DNA of 33,009 bases. Source: Macrostomum lignano. Its lineage: Eukaryota. Of this stretch, positions 14,100 to 24,379 are shown in pieces. The stretch is from assembly GCA_002269645.1 (NCBI GenBank), contig NIVC01004861.1, forward strand, positions 1 to 33,009. Direction: 5' to 3'. Positions within the stretch are counted from its first letter, which is position 1. Each line of letters opens with the position of its first letter. Below the pieces are notes generated by a model that had not been told where the DNA came from, searched no databases, and worked only from the letters and a program-made list of their open reading frames with translations. A program made the translations under genes and the position numbers.

Positions 14100-14342
14100 A
14101 AGCTGAAAGTCCGCCTGTGGTGCCTGATGGACCTGCGCGACTTCCCCATGGACTGTCAGATCTGCCGAATCGAACTCGGAGCCTACGGCAGCTCAGTCAG
14201 CGAAGTCCGTTTCCACTGGCACCGGGCCAATGTCACGTTCGAGGATGACGCTCTGCAGATCCCAGAATTCTCGCAGCCTCACGTCTTTGTGCAGAGCTGT
14301 ACAAAGAGCTTCTCAGTTACTGGAGAATTTGCCTGTCTCAGG
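14100..14342 (+). CDS. Cys-loop chloride channel, exon 3 (Cys-loop, loops B, F, C)
   Basis: Acceptor aatccag|, then KLKVRLWCLMDLRDFPMDCQICRIELGAYGSS...SCTKSFSVTGEFACLR, then donor |GTGAGA. Contains the C-x13-C Cys-loop and the loop-C cysteine pair. Phase 0/0. Confidence 0.95.
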
Positions 14343-14442
14343 GTGAGAGACCAGCTTTAGCCTGAAGATTGAGGCTAAGCCTGATATTATAGAGAATTTG
14401 TAAGAGTATGAAATTCAGAGTCTTTGCGAGCCTTTTCGACGC

Positions 14443-14565
14443 AGCAGCAACAACAGCAAAAACAAAAATGACAACAACAACAACAACAACAACAACAGTA
14501 ATAATAACATAAAAATTACCAACGACAACAAAATCAACAACAACAGCAACAAAATAAACAACATT

Positions 14566-14605
<40 letters not shown>

Positions 14606-14698
14606 ACATCATCAACAACAACAACAACAACATCATCATCATCAAACAACAACAACAACAACATCATCATCAACAACAACAACAAAAACAACATCATC

Positions 14699-14730
<32 letters not shown>

Positions 14731-14737
14731 ACACAAA

Positions 14738-14792
<55 letters not shown>

Positions 14793-14879
14793 TCAACAAC
14801 AACAACAACAACATCATCATCATCAAACAACAACAACAACAACATCATCATCAACAACAACAACAAAAACAACATCATC

Positions 14880-14911
<32 letters not shown>

Positions 14912-14918
14912 ACACAAA

Positions 14919-14976
<58 letters not shown>

Positions 14977-15068
14977 TCAACAACAACAAAAACAAAAACA
15001 AAGACAACAACAACATCAACATCATCAACAACAACAAAAACAAAAACAAAGACAACAACAACAACAAC
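14443..15068. repeat. (CAA)n trinucleotide microsatellite
   Basis: CAA/CAT/AAA units with a duplicated block. Source of the poly-L/V ORFs. Confidence 0.97.
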
Positions 15069-15089
15069 CACTGCCACATGCCGTCAAGT

Positions 15090-15326
15090 TCACTGAGCAG
15101 CGTCACAGGTTGCAGCCTCAATGCCTAAATGGCAAAGGCAGTTGGCGAAACGCCGAACTCGCACTTGTCCTCGCCAGTAAGGCACAGGGTAATGCAAGGC
15201 CGCTTTGGTGACTTGCTCATCGTCCCGGATCAACAGATCTTGAACGCACGGCCAGCCGCGGCCTCGACTTGAGTCCTTGATTGAGTCCACTGCCAGCTCC
15301 ACCCGTATTAGTACCAGGGGGAGTTG
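15090..15326 (-). CDS. Candidate terminal exon of an unidentified antisense gene nested in channel intron 3
   Basis: Unique, GC-rich open frame between two repeats: QLPLVLIRVELAVDSIKDSSRGRGWPCVQDLLIRDDEQVTKAALHYPVPYWRGQVRVRRFANCLCHLGIEAATCDAAQ*. The acceptor ctcag comes from the last minisatellite unit. It resembles the peptide at 18228-18321. Confidence 0.35.
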   Translation of the reverse strand, partial: QLPLVLIRVELAVDSIKDSSRGRGWPCVQDLLIRDDEQVTKAALHYPVPYWRGQVRVRRFANCLCHLGIEAATCDAAQ

Positions 15327-16422
15327 CTGAGATGCCAAGGGGGAGTTGCTGAGATGCCAAGGGGGAGTTGCTGAGATGCCAATGGGGAGTTGCTGAGATG
15401 CCAATGAAGAGTTGCTGAGATGCCAATGGGGAGTTGCTGAGATGCCAATAGGGAGTTGCTGAGATGCCAATGGGGAGTTGCTGAGATGCCAATTGGGAGT
15501 TGCTGAGATGCCAATGGGGAGTTGCTGAGATGCCAATAGGGAGTTGCTGAGATGCCAAGGGGGAGTCGCTGAGATGCCAATTGGGAGTTGCTGAGATGCC
15601 AAGGGGGAGTTGCTGAGATGCCAATGGGGAGTTGCTGAGATGCCAATGGGGAGTTGCTGAGATGCCAATTGGGAGTTGCTGAGATGCCAATGGGGAGTTG
15701 CTGAGATGCCAAGGGGGAGTTGCTGAGATGCCAATGGGGAGTTGCTGAGATGCCAAGGGGGAGTTGCTGAGATGCCAATGGGGAGTTGCTGAGATGCCAA
15801 TGGGGAGTTGCTGAGATGCCAATGGGGAGTTGCTGAGATGCCAAGGGGGAGTTGCTGAGATGCCAATGGGGAGTTGCTGAGATGCCAATAAAGAGTTGCT
15901 GAGATGCCAATTGGGAGTTGCTGAGATGCCAATAAAGAGTTGCTGAGATGCCAATGGGGAGTTGCTGAGATGCCAATAGGGAGTTGCTGAGATGCCAATT
16001 GGGAGTTGCTGAGATGCCAATGGGGAGTTGCTGAGATGCCAATGGGGAGTTGCTGAGATGCCAATAGGGAGTTGCTGAGATGCCAAGGGGGAGTTGCTGA
16101 GATGCCAATGGGGAGTTGCTGAGATGCCAATGGGGAGTTGCTGAGATGCCAAGGGGGAGTTGCTGAGATGCCAATTGGGAGTTGCTGAGATGCCAATGAA
16201 GAGTTGCTGAGATGCCAATGGGGAGTTGCTGAGATGCCAATGGGGAGTTGCTGAGATGCCAATGAAGAGTTGCTGAGATGCCAATGAAGAGTTGCTGAGA
16301 TGCCAATGGGGAGTTGCTGAGATGCCAATGGGGAGTTGCTGAGATGCCAATTGGGAGTTGCTGAGATGCCAATGAAGAGTTGCTGAGATGCCAATGGGGA
16401 GTTGCTGAGATGCCAATAGGGA
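15316..16422. repeat. 22-bp minisatellite (GGGGAGTTGCTGAGATGCCAAT)
   Basis: About 50 units with variation confined to a few positions. The 22-aa periodicity of the three minus-strand ORFs equals three units. Confidence 0.97.
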
Positions 16423-16560
16423 ATTTCTGAGTTACTATCAATACACAAGGCTTTAAACATGTTAATTAGTTCTTTTTCAAAAAGTTATTCCTTGATCCTA
16501 AGGAGGGTCTAATAAGAATCTCTTACTAAAGCTACCAGAACCCCACTCACCCGCCGACAG

Positions 16561-17136
16561 GCTAATGTCAGACTCAGACGGGCCTACGGTTTCTACCTGA
16601 TGAACACCTATGCCCCATTCACCCTGATGGTGTGCATCAGCTGGATCAGCTTCTGGATCGACGTCCGGGCTACTCCTGCCCGGGTCACCATCGCTTTCCT
16701 GACAGTGCTGGCTGTGGTGACGCAGAACGCCGGCACCCAGATGACGGGGATGCCCAGGGTGAGCTACGTGAAGGCTATCGACCTGTTCATGATGGCCAGC
16801 CTCATGTTCGTCATCGCCGCGCTCATGGAATTCGCCGCTGCCAGCTTCCTCACTCGGCAGCACGAGAAAGAGCTCGGCGAGCAGCCGTCGCGACGTCGAA
16901 GGCGCTCCTGCGCGCACGGCCGGCTGCCGCCTGCGGCTGGCAGTCCGAACGGCCTGGAGGACATGCTGATGTCCGAGGAGCGGACCAGGAAGATGCGCAG
17001 CTGGTGCTACAGAAATCCAAGGGTGAATAAGTTGGACTATTGCAGCAGGTTCCTGTTCCCACTGGCTTACCTGGTGTTCCAGGCTGCCTATTGGTCTTAT
17101 TATCTGCGGGACAGGGACAACTGCGGCCCCAGCTGA
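16561..17136 (+). CDS. Cys-loop chloride channel, exon 4 (M1-M4, stop)
   Basis: Acceptor ccgacag|, then ANVRLRRAYGFYLMNTYAPFTLMVCISWISFWID (M1), PARVTIAFLTVLAVVTQ (M2, anion-selective PAR motif), MPRVSYVKAIDLFMM (M3), LDYCSRFLFPLAYLVFQAAYW (M4). The spliced product is 442 aa. Confidence 0.96.
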   Translation, partial: ANVRLRRAYGFYLMNTYAPFTLMVCISWISFWIDVRATPARVTIAFLTVLAVVTQNAGTQMTGMPRVSYVKAIDLFMMASLMFVIAALMEFAAASFLTRQHEKELGEQPSRRRRRSCAHGRLPPAAGSPNGLEDMLMSEERTRKMRSWCYRNPRVNKLDYCSRFLFPLAYLVFQAAYWSYYLRDRDNCGPS

Positions 17137-17144
17137 CTGCTGCT

Positions 17145-17571
17145 GGGTGAGATTCCTGCTTGAATATCAGAGTAGACCGGGTGAGATTCCAGCTTGAATA
17201 TCAGAGTAGACCGGGTGAGATTCCTGCTTGAATATCAGAGTAGACCGGGTGAGATTCCACCCTGACAGTCAGAGTAGACCGGGTGAGATTCCAGCTTGAA
17301 TATCAGAGTAGACTAGGTGAGATTCCAGCCTGAATATCAGAGTAGACCAGGTGAGATTCCTGCTTGAATATCAGAGTAGACCAGGTGAGATTCCAGCTTG
17401 AATATCAGAGTAGACCGGGTGAGATTCCAGCTTGAATATCAGAGTAGACCGGGTGAGATTCCAGCTTGAATATCAGAGTAGACCGGGTGAGATTCCAGCT
17501 TGAATATCAGAGTAGACCAGGTGAGATTCCAGCCTGACAGTCAGAGTAGACCAGGTGAGATTCCAGCCTGC
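17145..17571. repeat. 34-bp minisatellite (GGGTGAGATTCCAGCTTGAATATCAGAGTAGACC) in the channel 3' UTR
   Basis: About 12.5 units starting 8 bp after the stop codon. Confidence 0.95.
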
Positions 17572-18227
17572 CAATCAAAATCTAAAGAGTGAATGGCTAA
17601 AAACTTGTCAGGAATAACAACAGCCACTATTGTTTCTCATATTGATGACGCTTGAGAACATTCAGGTAAAATTAATTGTCCAACTCAATTGAGCTCCATT
17701 GTCAGCTGATGCAGCTTTGTGCATAACTTTTTAAAGGCGCCTTGTCAATTGTTCGTTTGCCCTGATCTGAGTTAAGGAGCTTAAAAGTGCACCAATATGT
17801 TAACAAATTTATTTGCAACCGTAAAAGTTAAAAGCTCCACATTACGAGTAACATTGAAAAGAATTAAACTTTGCGTTTTTTTCAAATATTACTGCTATGC
17901 ATATCACCATGTACATGTTCTTGTGACACTTACTACATGCACATAATTCATGCAATAACTTAAACATGTTCGTGCTCTATTTTTGCTGCTTTTGCAATTC
18001 AATTTGAGTTTCTACAAGAATTAGTTCTTAAATATTCCAATTCTATGATTTATATTAATTTTATTTTAATTAAAACTTTGCCGTCACAATCAACCTGATT
18101 ATTTGTGTACACAGTGTACAGCCTTGATGGGAACTGAAAGTTGAGCTTGAACTTTCTTTTACAATGAAATTTGCTACTCATGCAATACATTTTGTTCGTT
18201 ATATTCAGAAAATACAATACATAATAC

Positions 18228-18321
18228 CTGCCAACAAGATGACCTGCCCGTGAAATCTGCTAATGTAATGGAATCTACCATTAAATCTACCTTAAAATCT
18301 GCCAGCGGAAACACTGGATGC
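18228..18321 (-). CDS. Candidate internal exon of the unidentified antisense gene
   Basis: tttag|G-CAT...CAG|gtatta, open frame HPVFPLADFKVDLMVDSITLADFTGRSSCWQ. Phases fit the candidate exons at 18484-18584 and 15090-15326. Confidence 0.3.
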
Positions 18322-18483
18322 CTAAACCTACCTACAAGCTGATAACAGCCAATCTTTCAAGTTCGCTTCTTTCTCAATTGTGTTAGATCAGCTCAAAATA
18401 TTTACATGTAACGCTTTCTAAACTTGAATAAACTTCTCAAATTTGCTTTATTCCATGAGATTGCACCAGCCGAGGCAACCTAC

Positions 18484-18584
18484 TCAGCAACACGCCACCC
18501 CCATATAGCATTCGTCTCTGCATTCTTCTGCACTGCACACTCGCTGCAGTACAGCAGACTTCTATTTGGCTCGGGGCAAAGAGA
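18484..18584 (-). CDS. Candidate internal exon of the unidentified antisense gene (CxxC-containing)
   Basis: actcag|SLCPEPNRSLLYCSECAVQKNAETNAIWGWRVA-GA|gtaggt. Alternative acceptor at 18561. Confidence 0.25.
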
Positions 18585-18956
18585 CTGAGTACTCGGACAA
18601 ATTTGCTATAAACTAACTTCGGGGTGGGGCGACAGTTTACTCAGTGTAGTCTACGAGTAGAAAACATAAGAGAGCAGAAGACAAACATTGTGATGAGAAT
18701 TAATAATGGCACAGTTGCTGCCCACCTGTGCCCTGCTTCTCTTTTCTGTACACCTGACAAAATTCTGCTGTTGGCTTTTATTCTTCATAAACATACGAAC
18801 TGCGAACTTCAAAAAACTGTCTCCTAATTTAGGGGAGAAGTTCTGTGTGCGGGTGCGTGTTATAAATTCCAACAACACATGCGGAATGCACTGGATGCGA
18901 TCGACTTATTTTTAATAGGCCAGACTTTTTAGGCATCGTCAATTACATGTAACGTC

Positions 18957-19406
18957 ATGTCTAAGACGCTACCAACGAAGCAGTCATCCATGTCGGCGGT
19001 GAGGGCGGAGGACCCGCTGTCCACCCTGCTGACCAGGCTGCTGCGCCAGGGCAGCACCGCCGACGCCCTGAAGCTGCTCGACTCCGTGAGAGACGCTGGC
19101 GTTCGGGCCGCTCGCCTCGCTGACGCTCTGGACTGCGCGATGCGGCTGCCGCGGCCCGGCGCCGTGGTGGCCAGCCTGCTCAGTCAGCTGCTCGAAGCCG
19201 ACAACCCGGATCAGCAATCGGAAGTCGCCGCCACTGCGTCCGCCGCAGCCCTGAAATTTCTGGCCAACTTGTCGAAGAATTCGACCGCTCTGTACTCGGT
19301 GCTCGCCAGGCTGTCCAGCGGGCGGATTGTCGATGCGTTCCGCTGCTGCGTTGAGGCGGGCGAGGAGGAGACGGCGCTGCGACTGCTGCCGCATCTGCCA
19401 GTGCCG
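18957..19406 (+). CDS. Ankyrin + Mab-21/cGAS-like NTase fusion protein, exon 1 (helical/degenerate ankyrin region)
   Basis: GC-rich ORF from the ATG at 18957 (alternative ATG at 18990). Helical L/A-rich sequence. Phase-0 donor CCG|GTCAGT at the start of the GTTA array. Confidence 0.8.
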
Positions 19407-19532
19407 GTCAGTTACTTAGTTAGTTAATTAGTTAGTTAGTTAGTTAGTAAGTTAGTTAGTAAGTTAGTTAATTAGTTAGTAAGTTAGTAAGTTAGTCAGT
19501 CAGTCAGTCAGTTAGTCAGTTAGTTAGTTAGT

Positions 19533-19617
<85 letters not shown>

Positions 19618-19703
19618 CAGTTAGTTAGTCAGTCAGTTAGTCAGTTAGTTAGTTAGTTAGTTAGTTTAGTTAGTTAGTTAGTCAGTCAGTCAGTCAGTTA
19701 GTC

Positions 19704-19770
<67 letters not shown>

Positions 19771-19888
19771 CAGTTAGTCAGTTAGTCAGTTAGTTAGTTA
19801 GTTAGTTAGTTAGTCAGTCAGTTAGTCAGTTAGTTAGTTAGTTAGTTAGTTTAGTTAGTTAGTTAGTCAGTCAGTCAGTCAGTTAGTC

Positions 19889-19955
<67 letters not shown>

Positions 19956-19972
19956 CAGTTAGTCAGTTAGTC

Positions 19973-20011
<39 letters not shown>

Positions 20012-20032
20012 CAGTCAGTCAGTCAGTTAGTC

Positions 20033-20115
<83 letters not shown>

Positions 20116-20305
20116 AAGTTAGTCAGTCAGTCAGTCAGTTAGTCAGTTATTTAGTTAGTTAGTCAGTTAGTCAGTTAGTTAGTTAGTCAGTCAGTCAGTC
20201 AGTTAGTCAGTTAGTTAGTTAGTCAGTTAGTCAGTTAGTTAGTTAGTTTAGTTAGTTAGTCAGTTAGTTAGTTAGTAAGTTAGTCAGTCAGTCAGTCAGT
20301 TAGTC

Positions 20306-20344
<39 letters not shown>

Positions 20345-20373
20345 AAGTTAGTCAGTCAGTCAGTCAGTTAGTC

Positions 20374-20408
<35 letters not shown>

Positions 20409-20437
20409 AAGTTAGTCAGTCAGTCAGTCAGTTAGTC

Positions 20438-20472
<35 letters not shown>

Positions 20473-20493
20473 CAGTCAGTCAGTCAGTTAGTC

Positions 20494-20584
<91 letters not shown>

Positions 20585-20613
20585 AAGTTAGTCAGTCAGT
20601 CAGTCAGTTAGTC

Positions 20614-20644
<31 letters not shown>

Positions 20645-20655
20645 AAGTTAGTTAA

Positions 20656-20702
<47 letters not shown>

Positions 20703-21003
20703 ATTAGTTAGTTAGTTAGTTAGTAAGTTAGTTAGTCAGTCAGTCAGTTAGTCAGTTAGTTAGTTAGTTTAGTTAGTTAGTTAGTTAGTTAGTTAATTAG
20801 TTAGTTAGTAAGTTAGTCAGTCAGTCAGTCAGTTAGTCAGTTAGTTAGTTAGTTAGTTAGTCAGTTAGTCAGTTAGTTAGTTAGTCAGTCAGTCAGTCAG
20901 TTAGTCAGTTAGTTAGTTAGTCAGTTAGTCAGTTAGTTAGTTAGTTTAGTTAGTTAGTCAGTTAGTTAGTTAGTAAGTTAGTCAGTCAGTCAGTCAGTTA
21001 GTC

Positions 21004-21046
<43 letters not shown>

Positions 21047-21075
21047 AAGTTAGTCAGTCAGTCAGTCAGTTAGTC

Positions 21076-21170
<95 letters not shown>

Positions 21171-21199
21171 AAGTTAGTCAGTCAGTCAGTCAGTTAGTC

Positions 21200-21230
<31 letters not shown>

Positions 21231-21241
21231 AAGTTAGTTAA

Positions 21242-21276
<35 letters not shown>

Positions 21277-21342
21277 ATTAGTTAGTTAGTTAGTTAGTAA
21301 GTTAGTTAGTCAGTCAGTCAGTTAGTCAGTTAGTTAGTTAGT

Positions 21343-21379
<37 letters not shown>

Positions 21380-21584
21380 AAGTTAATCAGTCAGTCAGTC
21401 AGTTAGTCAGTTAGTTAGTTAGTTAGTCAGTTAGTCAGTTAGTTAGTTAGTCAGTCAGTCAGTCAGTTAGTCAGTTAGTTAGTTAGTCAGTTAGTCAGTT
21501 AGTTAGTTAGTTTAGTTAGTTAGTTAGTTAGTTAGTTAGTAAGTTAGTCAGTCAGTCAGTCAGTTAGTCAGTTAGTTAGTTAGT

Positions 21585-21625
<41 letters not shown>

Positions 21626-21699
21626 CAGTTAGTTAGTTAGTTAGTTAGTCAGTTAGTTAGTTAGTTAGTTAGTTTAGTTAGTTAGTTAGTTAGTTAGTC

Positions 21700-21734
<35 letters not shown>

Positions 21735-21795
21735 AAGTTAGTCAGTCAGTCAGTTAGTCAGTTAGTTGTCAGTTAGTTAGTTAGTTAGTTAGTTA
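19407..21795. repeat. (GTTA)n/(GTCA)n/(GTAA)n microsatellite filling intron 1 of the ANK-Mab21 gene
   Basis: About 2.4 kb, with recurring multi-unit blocks. Confidence 0.97.
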
Positions 21796-21872
21796 GGGGT
21801 TTGTGCACACCAAGCCGTAGGCACAATGGACTAAAAAGTACACTCCAAATTGTCCTTTTAATCGTTCCGCAG

Positions 21873-22204
21873 CCCTCGTCCACGGCCGCTCAGTGGCTCA
21901 TGCTGGCGTCAGAGCGAGGCCTCCTGCGGCTCCTGGCCGGCCTGCTTAACAGCCGCTGCCTGCAGGCGGCTCCAGCGGTTCTTAACGCTGAGGACGCCCG
22001 TGGCCGAACGGCTCTGGCGGCAGCCTGCTTGGCCGGACAGGCTGGTGCGGCCCGCCTGCTGCTGGACAGCGGGTCAGCCGATCCCGGCCGGGTGGAAACG
22101 GACGGTCGGACTTGCAGGCAGCTGCTGCCGGCGGCCGGAGCGGCTGGCGAAAACTCGGCAGCCTTCGACGAGATCGCCCTGCTCCTGGACACCGCCGAGA
22201 GTCT
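21873..22204 (+). CDS. ANK-Mab21 fusion, exon 2 (ankyrin repeats)
   Basis: Acceptor gttccgcag|. Ankyrin consensus DARGRTALAAACLAGQAGAARLLLDSGSADP and a further D-GRT motif. Phase-2 donor CT|GTGAGA at 22205. Confidence 0.88.
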
Positions 22205-22220
22205 GTGAGAGTCAAAATGG

Positions 22221-22430
22221 TCTTCTTGATCCTGCTCTTTGTTCTTCTTTTTCTTCTTGATCCTGCTCTTTGTTCTTCTTTTTCTTCTTGATCCTGCTCT
22301 TTGTTCTTCTTTTTCTTCTTGATCCTGCTCTTTGTTCTTCTTTTTCTTCTTGATCCTGCTCTTTGTTCTTATTTTTCTTCTTGAACCTGCTCTTTGTTCT
22401 TCTTTTTCTCCTTGATCCTGCTCTTTTTGA
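22221..22430. repeat. 31-bp minisatellite (CTTCTTGATCCTGCTCTTTGTTCTTCTTTTT)
   Basis: About 6-7 units, decaying to the right. Confidence 0.9.
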
Positions 22431-22530
22431 TCTTCTTCTTGATCCTACCCTTTCTAGTCTTTTTCTTCTTCCTAATCCTGCTCTTTTTGGTCTTAACCTT
22501 GTTGATCTTTTTTAGCTAGGAAGATAGACT

Positions 22531-23572
22531 GTTAAGTCTCCAGATAGAGTGCTTAGTCTCCAGATAGAGTGCTTAGTCTCCAGATAGAGTGCTTAGTCTC
22601 CAGATAGAGTGCTTAGTCTCCAGATAGAGTGCTTAGTCTCCAGATAGAGTGCTTAGTCTCCAGATAGAGTGCTTAGTCTCCAGATAGAGTGCTTAGTCTC
22701 CAGATAGAGTGTTAAGTCTCCAGATAGAGTGCTTAGTCTCCAGATAGAGTGCTTAGTCTCCAGATAGAGTGCTTAGTCTCCAGATAGAGTGTTAAGTCTC
22801 CAGATAGAATGTTAAGTCTCCAGATAGAGTGCTTAGTCTCCAGATAGAGTGCTTAGTCTCCAGATAGAGTGCTTAGTCTCCAGATAGAGTGCTTAGTCTC
22901 CAGATAGAGTGCTTAGTCTCCAGATAGAGTGCTTAGTCTCCAGATAGAGTGTTAAGTATCCAGATAGAGTGTTAAGTCTCCAGATAGAGTGCTTAGTCTC
23001 CAGATAGAGTGCTTAGTCTCCAGATAGAGTGCTTAGTCTCCAGATAGAGTGCTTAGTCTCCAGATAGAGTGCTTAGTCTCCAGATAGAGTGCTTAGTCTC
23101 CAGATAGAGTGCTTAGTCTCCAGATAGAGTGCTTAGTCTCCAGATAGAGTGTTTAGTCTCCAGATAGAGTGCTTAGTCTCCAGATAGAGTGTTAAGTCTC
23201 CAGATAGAGTGTTAAGTCTCCAGATAGAGTGTTAAGTCTCCAGATAGAGTGCTTAGTCTCCAGATAGAGTGCTTAGTCTCCAGATAGAGTGCTTAGTCTC
23301 CAGATAGAGTGCTTAGTCTCCAGATAGAGTGCTTAGTCTCCAGATAGAGTGTTAAGTCTCCAGATAGAATGTTAAGTCTCCAGATAGAGTGCTTAGTCTC
23401 CAGATAGAGTGCTTAGTCTCCAGATAGAGTGTTAAGTATCCAGATAGAGTGTTTAGTCTCCAGATAGAGTGCTTAGTCTCCAGATAGAGTGCTTAGTCTC
23501 CAGATAGAGTGCTTAGTCTCCAGATAGAGTGCTTAGTCTCCAGATAGAGTGCTTAGTCTCCAGATAGAGTTT
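22531..23572. repeat. 20-bp minisatellite (CCAGATAGAGTGCTTAGTCT)
   Basis: About 52 near-identical units with no spacers. Confidence 0.97.
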
Positions 23573-23700
23573 AGAGTCTACAGAGCATCTGCATTGCTCT
23601 ATATTACAATATATCAGCACTGGCACTGATTGTGAAGTATAGCTAGTAAAAATGTACTTTTATGCACCATTGTACCAATCCAATCTCCGCACTCACGCAG

Positions 23701-23981
23701 CGGCAGCAGCCAGTCAGAGCGAGCTCAGAGCCGGCAATTGCACAGCTTCCTAACAAGATGCGGCTTCACTGCCAGGCGAGCCGAGCTCCACTGCGAGGCG
23801 GCCGACTTTCTGCTTGTCCGAATCGCCCGGCCACTGGCCGCCGCAGCGGACAGATCCGGCCAGCTGGCCTGCCACCTGGTTGGCAGCTACGCGGAAGGCT
23901 GGGGCGCCTGCCTGCTGCAGGCGAATGGCCGGCTGGCGGCCGACTCCAATGTTAACTGGCTGCTGTGTCGCGGCAACTGCG
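23701..23981 (+). CDS. ANK-Mab21 fusion, exon 3 (NTase activation loop GS and degenerate DxD)
   Basis: Acceptor ctcacgcag| (phase 2, matches exon 2), then ...RQLHSFLTRCGF...CHLVGSYAEGWGACLLQANGRLAADSNVNWLLCRGNC, then phase-1 donor G|GTGAGT. Confidence 0.85.
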
Positions 23982-24379
23982 GTGAGTGAAATTCAATTGA
24001 TCACGTGACTTCTCCAGGCTTACAGCAAGGACTACTAGACTATATCAAAGTGTTCCTAGTGGTCCTTGGCTTATAGTTAGGCCATGAGGAAAGTGTCCAA
24101 ATTTCCGCGGAACCGCCGCGGAATTTCGTGGAAAACTGTGTGAAATGTGCTCCTCTTGGCTGGGTCAGTGGGGATGAGAATGGCTAGGATTCCATATTCC
24201 TTCCTTGACTATGCTACTTTTTCTTTGTAGTCGCACATTATTAACGAGATTTAAAGTCATACTTGCTAGTTATCATATATCCCTTAGGTGCTTCGATTCA
24301 TTTTTTAATAATGTCAGGCCATCACGTCACCGAAACTCAAAAAGGCTGAAATATTGAAGCGCTTTTTGATACGAAACAA

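Noticed and set aside
22531-23572. CRISPR-like regular arrays (also 9763-10598, 15316-16422, 17145-17571)
   Set aside because: Units are head-to-tail with no unique spacers, no cas genes are present, and the context is eukaryotic.
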